This document shows, one piece after another, positions 55,022 through 64,000 of a stretch of 64,000 nucleotides of DNA. Below the pieces are notes generated by a model that did not search any database, was not told the origin of the DNA, and saw only the letters and a list, made by a program, of their open reading frames with translations. The stretch comes from an uncultured Alphaproteobacteria bacterium. GTDB taxonomy: Bacteria > Pseudomonadota > Alphaproteobacteria > Acetobacterales > Acetobacteraceae. Positions within the stretch are counted from its first letter, which is position 1; each line of letters starts with the position of its first letter. A program made the position numbers and the translations under genes. The stretch spans positions 142,684 to 206,683 of the forward strand of contig CAVTFL010000035.1 in assembly GCA_963733925.1 (NCBI GenBank). The letters are read 5' to 3'.

Positions 55022-55220
55022 GGCGCGCTTCCTGCCACGCCAGCCCGCGCCGGAGCAATCTGATTCAGCGAATTTTGGGCAGCTCCAGGTAAGTATGCTG
55101 TGCGGGTGAGGAGGTCTGCGACCACTCCGGCGTCGTGGCGCCCTCGCCCCAGTAGTTTTCCGCCAGCTGCTCCTTCGAGGTGAAGGTGCGAAACCAGACA
55201 TACAGGACCACAAGCGTCGC
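54792..55220. repeat. Direct repeat copy 1 (coxA tail + spacer + mltB head)
   Basis: Aligns by eye with 60286-60710. Confidence 0.92.
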
Positions 55221-55226
55221 ACTCAT
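55065..55226 (-). pseudogene. Duplicated coxA C-terminal fragment (53-aa ORF)
   Basis: MSATLVVLYVWFRTFTSKEQLAENYWGEGATTPEWSQTSSPAQHTYLELPKIR versus coxA ...[31 protein letters not shown]. Confidence 0.8.
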
Positions 55227-55395
55227 AACGCCCGCTCATCGGTGCCGTCATCGCTTCGTCGCCAATGCGGTTCGACTGCAATTACACGCGTTGGCCCACA
55301 ACAGCCGGTGCACCCCTTTCTACCGGTTCGCGGTCTGCGTCATGTAAGTCAAGCAGAAGACACCGAAGGTCTTTGGGAACCCGGCCCCGCACGCG

Positions 55396-56367
55396 CTATC
55401 GCCAATCATCGAGCACGAAGCATCCAGGCCGGCTGTAGCCGGGCTCATTCGGCCGATGCATGGTGACAACGTGCATGCGGGCGCGAAAGCCATGCGTCAG
55501 CATCAGCCGGTACGCCTCGTCCCGTCCCGTGTTCACCCCGGCGAGCACATTTGTCATACCGACGGCCTGCGCGAGCGCGGCACAGCCGTCGAGCAGGGAG
55601 GCGAAGCGCGCCTCGCCGCCGGAGCCGGGCCGGGCTGCGCCGAACTTGACAAAGAGACAGCCCCGCTCAGCCTCGCTGGCCGGTCCCCAATGGCAAATGG
55701 CGAACCCGGCCAAGCGGCTCGCTCCTTCCCGCAGCAGCAGTGTGTCGCCGAGGTTGCGCGCTGCCACGGTGCGGATCTCGGCGCTCAGATCGAGGCCTTC
55801 ATAGATTTCATCAGTCAGCGCACGGCTGGCCTGTTCGGCTTCCGCACGCTCATCGGTCGACAGTTCGGAATAGCGCGCGAGCGGCGGGCGCAACGTGAGG
55901 CCGGACGTCACCGGCGCCGCCATGACCGGCGTCAGATAGCGCGGGTAGAACCCGAACTTCTGATATAGCCACACATGCTTGGTACTGTGCGGAAAAGTGC
56001 ACAGCCCGGCATGGCTGACGCCCCAGGTGTCGAATGCATCGGACACAGCCTGCACGAGCGGTTGGGCAACGCCGCGGTTCCACAGATCGGGCCGGGTCGA
56101 TAACGGACCAAAGAACCCGACGCTCCCCCAACGGGTTGCGAAATTGACGCCGGCCAGCGCGCCATCGGCGTCGGCGGCAAAGGCAACGGTATGCTCTGCT
56201 CCGAACCGTCCGTAAACATAATCGAAGTCGGTCCAGAACGTATCGAGGTCTGGCGCGCCGAGGAACGTGCCGAACGCACGCCGGACGATGCGCTGGGCTT
56301 CCGGGAGGTCGTGCTCCGCGAGGGGCCGCGTCTTCTCCACCACCAGTCTCCCTGATTTGACCGACAT
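55396..56367 (-). CDS. GNAT N-acetyltransferase (tandem GNAT)
   Basis: GFFGPLSTRPDLWNRGVA, LYQKFGF, GFAICH, AGVNTG. Confidence 0.85.
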   Translation of the reverse strand: MSVKSGRLVVEKTRPLAEHDLPEAQRIVRRAFGTFLGAPDLDTFWTDFDYVYGRFGAEHTVAFAADADGALAGVNFATRWGSVGFFGPLSTRPDLWNRGVAQPLVQAVSDAFDTWGVSHAGLCTFPHSTKHVWLYQKFGFYPRYLTPVMAAPVTSGLTLRPPLARYSELSTDERAEAEQASRALTDEIYEGLDLSAEIRTVAARNLGDTLLLREGASRLAGFAICHWGPASEAERGCLFVKFGAARPGSGGEARFASLLDGCAALAQAVGMTNVLAGVNTGRDEAYRLMLTHGFRARMHVVTMHRPNEPGYSRPGCFVLDDWR

Positions 56368-56651
56368 TTCCAAATGCCCGGCTATTGTGAGCCGCGGACG
56401 GTAACGCGCCGTGTAAGAGTTAACCACCCAAATCACACGGCCTGCACCCGAAGTGGGCCTTTGAAGATCGGGCATCACCGCATCGCCGCCAAAGGTCCGG
56501 AATTCCACCCAGAGGCTGTCGCTGGAGATACCGTTCCGATATCATTCAGAAACAGGCTTTCTGCGTCAGCCACTTCGGTCGCCGAGCATCGACAAAGCCG
56601 GTGTCGGGCAGGCCTTCATCATGATCGCCGACAGCCGCACTAACCGGCGCG

Positions 56652-57263
56652 TTATTCGGCAAAACGGAATGGAACCGGAATCCCGAAAATTGAAGTCCGC
56701 TTGGAACTCCAAATCAGTTTCGTATCAAAATTTGTAGCTCCCTTGCGAGAGGTCTTAACAAACACGCCAACCAGATCGCCCCATTCCGACTTCGTATCCA
56801 TCCAGCAATCTACCAATATGGTATTCGTAAGTTTCGCGAGACCTGCGTATAAATCTGGATAGAAGCGGTAACAATCTACCGGATAGCGGTGAATGGGTCC
56901 CTTGCTTGGGGCGATCAGAAACAAATACCCAGTATTGTTTAATATCCTTATCATCTCAGCAAAGGTCAGCCAGAAGAATTCATTGTGCTCCAGCATCTGT
57001 CCTGAGATCACGCAATCTGCAAAATTATCCTGGACTGGTATACGGTAAGGGTCTGTCATTTCCAGATCGACGCCTTTTCCCGAAGCCAAGTCAGCACCTA
57101 TATAGTCGTATGCCGCTTCGTCAAAAAGAGTTCTGTATGATCCATTTACATCGAGTGCTCCGATATCAATCACCTTCAACTTTTTTTCTGAAGTCAATAA
57201 ACGTAGCGGCTCAAGGTGCTTTTTAATACAAATATCCATATTCTTCATCGAACTACGGTGCAT
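56652..57263 (-). CDS. Class I SAM methyltransferase, AT-rich
   Basis: VIDIGALDVNGSYR, DCVISGQMLEH, HRYPVDCYRFYPD. Confidence 0.87.
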   Translation of the reverse strand: MHRSSMKNMDICIKKHLEPLRLLTSEKKLKVIDIGALDVNGSYRTLFDEAAYDYIGADLASGKGVDLEMTDPYRIPVQDNFADCVISGQMLEHNEFFWLTFAEMIRILNNTGYLFLIAPSKGPIHRYPVDCYRFYPDLYAGLAKLTNTILVDCWMDTKSEWGDLVGVFVKTSRKGATNFDTKLIWSSKRTSIFGIPVPFRFAE

Positions 57264-57341
57264 TTGTTGTTCCTCTTTCGCCACCACCACATGGTATTAT
57301 AAAAGGGGCTGGAAATGGAGTTCGGCAGCCGGGGAGCGTCG

Positions 57342-58478
57342 TCATCGCGACGCCGTGGCTGGGTCGCGAGGCAAGCCCTGCGGCCAGTTCCTCAGCCCGC
57401 AGGCAATATTGCGCTCGGTCGGCGCGATAATGACGTAGGTTGGTGCGAAGCGTGCCACGTCAGTGAAATCGAAGGTGCATCCCAAGAAGTGCATCCAGCC
57501 GATGCGGGCAGCACCACTATGCTTGAGCAGAGGCTGCCAATATTCCCAGGTGAAGCTATCTCCCAGAACCAGGAGTCGCTCGCCTTGGGAACTTTGCTCC
57601 AAGGTGTAGCGAAGATCCAACACATAGGCGGGGAGTGCGCGAAACACGTTGATCGGCGCCCAGGTGCCTGCCGGCGGTCCGATATGCACGGCATAGTCGG
57701 CGTCGGGCAAGCTGTCCTGCAGCCCGAGCAGGCGAGCGAGATCACCCGCCGGTACCGGCGACAACGGCGTCAGTGAGGTGGCGGGGTCGAGCGACCACTC
57801 ATCATGACCGATAGAATTCATCGTCATGTTGAACGCCAGTAGAGCCGCATTCCAGCGCCAATGTGCGTCGGTATGACGATACAGCAGGTCGTGATCGGGG
57901 CGAGCCACGAAAGCCGCCTTCAAGTCGATGGTGGCGATGCCGCGCTCTCGAAGCTCGCGCATCGCAAGGTCGTATTCCAGCGGGCCGCTGATACGCCACC
58001 AAGCCGGCTGATCCTGCGTGAGCACGGACTGGGGGTTGGGTGGCACCAGTACGACAACGTCGCCACCCGTGGGGGCCAGTGCACGTCGGGTAGCATCCAC
58101 CACCTCAACGAAATGCCGAATTTGGTCAGACCGGTAGAGCGAGCCAGTGGATTGGTTGACCTGGTTCTCACCGCTGTAGAACAGATGCATGCCTTGACCG
58201 AAATACACCCGCGGATCACTTGGCGTCATGACGGCGTATTCGAGGGCACCTCGCAGGTAGGGCAGCGTGCCGGCATAACCGAAATTGTCGCCGACATATT
58301 CCCGTAGCCCACGAAAGAGAGCATCGAGTTTGCCGCCGAGAGAGGCCTTCTGCGCCACCATGAACGGGTGCCACCCGCCGAGAACGGGATCAGGAACCAA
58401 TGACCCCAGCATGACGAGTACGAGAAGCGCCAGTGCGCAGGGACCGAGACAGCGACGATGAGCTGGAAGAAGCGCCAC
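57342..58478 (-). CDS. AlgJ/AlgX-like SGNH O-acetyltransferase
   Basis: N-terminal TM, DNFG, VPPN, YRHTDAHW (DxH), LGDSF (GDS), ERN. Confidence 0.8.
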   Translation of the reverse strand: MALLPAHRRCLGPCALALLVLVMLGSLVPDPVLGGWHPFMVAQKASLGGKLDALFRGLREYVGDNFGYAGTLPYLRGALEYAVMTPSDPRVYFGQGMHLFYSGENQVNQSTGSLYRSDQIRHFVEVVDATRRALAPTGGDVVVLVPPNPQSVLTQDQPAWWRISGPLEYDLAMRELRERGIATIDLKAAFVARPDHDLLYRHTDAHWRWNAALLAFNMTMNSIGHDEWSLDPATSLTPLSPVPAGDLARLLGLQDSLPDADYAVHIGPPAGTWAPINVFRALPAYVLDLRYTLEQSSQGERLLVLGDSFTWEYWQPLLKHSGAARIGWMHFLGCTFDFTDVARFAPTYVIIAPTERNIACGLRNWPQGLPRDPATASR

Positions 58479-58480
58479 GT

Positions 58481-59902
58481 TTAGAACCTGTTGTAGAGGA
58501 AGGGACTGTAGATGCTGGCGCCTGCAATGATGACGCACACGGCAAGCAACGCCAGCAACCAGGCGTTGTCACCGACGCCAAGGACCGTCTCACCCAACAG
58601 CCGCACGGCGCTTTGCCGCAGCCGTGGGAACCGCCACCGCCATAGTCCGAGTAGACCCGCCACGACCAGCGCGCAGCAGGCCATGGGTGTAAGGGCAATG
58701 TGCATCTGTACTGAGAGCTCGTTTGAACCGTTAAGACCGGCAAGCCCCTTGAACATGATAGCTGCGCGATCGAAACTGTTTGCACGGAACCAGACCCAGC
58801 CGACGAAGACGACCAGCAGTGTATAGGCATGAGCGATCGGATGCGGCAGTCGGGAGAGTAGGCCGCGCAGACCAGCGCGCTCGAGCACCAGCAGAAGACC
58901 GTGGTAGGCGCCCCAGATCACGAAGGTCCAGCTTGCGCCGTGCCATAAGCCGCACAGCAGGAAGACGATCCAAAGATTGACATAGGTGCGTGCCGGCGAA
59001 ACCCGGTTGCCGCCAAGCGGAATGTAGACGTAATCGCGCAGCCAGGCGGACAGGCTCATATGCCAGCGACGCCAGAAGTCGGTGACGCTCAGCGATGTAT
59101 AAGGCACGCGGAAATTGCGTGGCAGTGCAAAGCCGGTCATCACACCGAGGCCGACGGCCATGGCTGAATAGCCGCCAAAATCAAAGTATATCTGCATGGC
59201 ATATGCGTAGAGAGCCAGCCACGCTTCCACCAGACCAGGCGAGGGAGCGTAGTCGAAGACCCCGTCCGGGATCTGCGCGATCTGGTCGGCAATCAGCACC
59301 TTCCACGCCAGGCCAATGATGAAGATGCGCATCCCGGCGGAGAACCGGCCGATGGTATGGCGCCGGTCATGCAACTGCCGCGCGACCGTCGAGTAGCGCA
59401 CGATCGGACCCGATACGAGCTGCGGGAACATCGACATATACAGCATGAACTCGTCGAAGCGGCGGCAGGCTTCAGCGCGGCGCTTGGCGACGTCCGCGAT
59501 GTAGGAGATTGCGTGGAAGGTGTAGAACGAAATGCCGAGCGGCAGACCGATTTGCGGAACCGGCAAGGCAATGCCCGTGAAGCCGAGCAACGCATTTAGA
59601 TTCTCGATCGCGAAGCCGGTGTACTTGAAAACGCCGAGGACGAGCAGGTTACCCGCTGCACCGTAAGCCAGTAGCCGATGGCGCCGACGGCCCTCTGCAT
59701 TGTCGATTGCAATGCCCAGCCGGAAGTTGCCGACGATGGAGGCCAGCAGGATCGGCAGGAAGATCGTCTTGCCCGAGGAATAGAACACCACTGAGAAGAC
59801 AATGAAGACAATGTTCCTGGCGCGAATCCCCCGACAGGCAAAATAACAGAGCAGGAAGGCCGGAAAGAAGAAGAACAGAAAGCCTTTCGAGGCAAACGTC
59901 AT
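58481..59902 (-). CDS. MBOAT O-acyltransferase (AlgI/PatA-like)
   Basis: PLGISFYTF, FPQLVSGPIVR, QIYFDFGGYS, FWRRWHMSLS.WLRDYVYIPLGGN, GLWHGA. Confidence 0.92.
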   Translation of the reverse strand: MTFASKGFLFFFFPAFLLCYFACRGIRARNIVFIVFSVVFYSSGKTIFLPILLASIVGNFRLGIAIDNAEGRRRHRLLAYGAAGNLLVLGVFKYTGFAIENLNALLGFTGIALPVPQIGLPLGISFYTFHAISYIADVAKRRAEACRRFDEFMLYMSMFPQLVSGPIVRYSTVARQLHDRRHTIGRFSAGMRIFIIGLAWKVLIADQIAQIPDGVFDYAPSPGLVEAWLALYAYAMQIYFDFGGYSAMAVGLGVMTGFALPRNFRVPYTSLSVTDFWRRWHMSLSAWLRDYVYIPLGGNRVSPARTYVNLWIVFLLCGLWHGASWTFVIWGAYHGLLLVLERAGLRGLLSRLPHPIAHAYTLLVVFVGWVWFRANSFDRAAIMFKGLAGLNGSNELSVQMHIALTPMACCALVVAGLLGLWRWRFPRLRQSAVRLLGETVLGVGDNAWLLALLAVCVIIAGASIYSPFLYNRF

Positions 59903-60074
59903 TCGTTTTAGATTCCCCCTGGACGTCGGCAATAGCCGAAGCGGAAACTGGCGGCAACGGGTCGCGTATTGGGTGCGGGGACCGAGAATGACCGCGTATC
60001 ATTGCCGGCTGATTCGGTGCAACCGCCGGCTGCACTTCCTGGCACTTGCCTCGCCGCCCGCGGCTAATCGTCGG

Positions 60075-60103
60075 CAGGCTGATCCCTTCGCCCGATCAGC
60101 CTG
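60075..60103. terminator. Hairpin, possible terminator or small repeat
   Basis: Perfect 10-bp stem CAGGCTGATC/GATCAGCCTG with 9-nt loop; no clear U-tract. Confidence 0.35.
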
Positions 60104-60120
60104 AAGCGCGACGCGCGTTA

Positions 60121-62154
<2,034 letters not shown>

Positions 62155-62788
62155 TCAATCTCCGGCGGAGCTGCTTCGTCTGGGTTGTCTGGGACACTGG
62201 GTGCGGCTTGCCGTGCTGTCGCCACTGTCCGGCGCGTCCAAGCAGGCGCCGTGTGTTGGCAGGATGCCCGGGCAATGGCGGGCCATGACAACAATTCGCC
62301 GTATTCCCATCATCGCGAACGCTGTAGGCCCGCGCCTTTTTGTCAGCAAGCATCCGGACGGACAGGATTTTGTGAACGTCTGGGCTGACCACTAGGTAGC
62401 GCGCGCGAGCAACGCCGATCGGGGGACAAAAGTTCTAGGTTTTCGCGACAGATCCTGCGGATCTGGTAGAGCGACGGGCACTGAGATTACCGTATCATAA
62501 CTTGAAGTTAAGGTTTTGGTAGCTGGCGCGGCGACCCTCTGTTTAGGTTTTGCCGCCAGCGAGGATGTTTAGCAGCGGCACCCGAGACCGGCGGCAGGGT
62601 TGTGGGCCGGAACGCCGCGAACTGCTTATCCCCGCCTCTGGGCTCGCGAGTGCGCGAACGGAAGTCAGCCATGGCGGCGCGGCTTGCAGCTATCCGCCGG
62701 AAACCCGACAGTGCGTGGTCGCGGGACGTAACCCGCCATTGATGGGGTAGGACTAGGGGCCGCCGTAAGCATCCAAGAGGGACACAAC

Positions 62789-63853
62789 ATGAAGTTCGGT
62801 TTCTGCGTCATGGCGGATATAGATGAGATCGGGTTTTTCCCGTTCATCGAGGGCCTCGGCTACAACTCCGCCTGGGTCGCCGACAGTCAGATGATGTATT
62901 CAGATGTCTACGTGGTCTGCGCAATGGCGGCGCGGGAGACAAAGCGATTGCGCATCGGGCCTGGCACGGCGATCTGTGGTACGCGGATCCCTCCGGTTCA
63001 GGTCGCGGCGATGGCAACGCTGAACCGGATGGCGCCGGGGCGGGTGTTCCTGGGGATCGGCACCGGCAACACGGCGATGCGGACGATGGGCCAGAAGCCG
63101 ATGAAGATCGCCGCGTTCGCTGAATATCTGCGGGTGACCCGAGGATTGCTCAATGGTGAAGTCGTGGACTACGCGTTTGAAGGGCGGTCCCGGCCGGTGA
63201 AGATGCTGCGGCATGAAACGAGATTCATGAATTTGCAGCCGCGGATTCCGATCTATGTGTCCGGGTTCGGGCCTCGGGCAATGGCGTTGGCGGGGGAGTT
63301 CGGCGATGGACTGGTGTTCGCCATCCCACCGCGTGGGTTGCCGGTGCAGGACGCGATGGCGCACGTGCGGCAGGGAGCGGCGCGGAACGGCCGCGACCTC
63401 ACCGGGTTCCGCAATGCAACGCTGACCAACGTGGTGGTATTGCAACCGGGAGAGGCCGCGGACTCCGATCGGGTCAAGCGCACGGTCGGGCCCAACGTGA
63501 TGGCGAGCGTCTATTACTTCTACGATATGGTTCAGGAGACGCGGATGGAGCCGCCGGCGTTCCTGCAGCGTATCTGGAAGCCATATTGCCGGCTGGTCGA
63601 ACAAACTCCTCCCGAACACCGGCACTTTAGAACGCACGAATTCCACTATACGGATCTGCATCCGGGCGAGGCCGAGTTGATCGACGAGCCGTTGATCAGG
63701 GAGATGTGCCTCGTCGGCACGCCGGACGAGTTGATCGAACGCATCCGGGGGTTGGAGCAGGATGGTTTGCAGGAAATGGTGTTTGGCGTCGGGAACGAAA
63801 CCAAATGGCGGCTGGCAGAGGATTTTGCACGCACGGTCATGGCCCGTTTATAG
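62789..63853 (+). CDS. LLM-class flavin-dependent oxidoreductase
   Basis: WVADSQ, APGRVFLGIGTG, PIYVSGFGPRAMALAGEFGDG, VGTPDEL. Confidence 0.9.
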   Translation: MKFGFCVMADIDEIGFFPFIEGLGYNSAWVADSQMMYSDVYVVCAMAARETKRLRIGPGTAICGTRIPPVQVAAMATLNRMAPGRVFLGIGTGNTAMRTMGQKPMKIAAFAEYLRVTRGLLNGEVVDYAFEGRSRPVKMLRHETRFMNLQPRIPIYVSGFGPRAMALAGEFGDGLVFAIPPRGLPVQDAMAHVRQGAARNGRDLTGFRNATLTNVVVLQPGEAADSDRVKRTVGPNVMASVYYFYDMVQETRMEPPAFLQRIWKPYCRLVEQTPPEHRHFRTHEFHYTDLHPGEAELIDEPLIREMCLVGTPDELIERIRGLEQDGLQEMVFGVGNETKWRLAEDFARTVMARL

Positions 63854-64000
63854 GTGATCGGCAGGAATGCTGCTCGCCGCCCCCTCGCAGCCTCCACCGC
63901 CCCCAACATCATCCCAAGTCGACCGCCGGCCTCCGCCGCCGACGGTCTTGGTCGGGGACTGCTATTCCAATGGCGAAACCAGGACCGTCGCCCCTCCGGT

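Overview
GC-rich alphaproteobacterial chromosome segment; gene content and order suggest Acetobacteraceae/Rhodospirillales (inference). Many genes are split by single-base indels, mostly consistent with long-read or low-coverage error. Left to right: ilvD (partial), a vapBC pair, a C-P lyase cluster (phnM-like, phnF <> phnGHIJKLM, DUF1045), CoA/catabolic genes, a dipeptide-type ABC transporter, selB, a polysaccharide cluster, an EmrAB-OMF pump with TetR, a STAND/AraC/SDR accessory block, tandem Lin0512 genes, the mltB-rlpA-dacA-tmk cell-wall run, a lone coxA (ctaD) and an LLM oxidoreductase. The most striking structure is a diverged direct repeat of about 430 bp (coxA tail plus mltB head). It brackets a 5-kb AlgI/AlgJ-type O-acyltransferase, methyltransferase and GNAT cassette sitting directly upstream of two lytic transglycosylases. 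Also notable: AT-rich solo cargo genes (a HEPN-motif protein and a 4-TM protein), a nonsense-truncated VapC, and three CtrA-like boxes. No rRNA, tRNA, CRISPR array, integrase or transposase was recognised.
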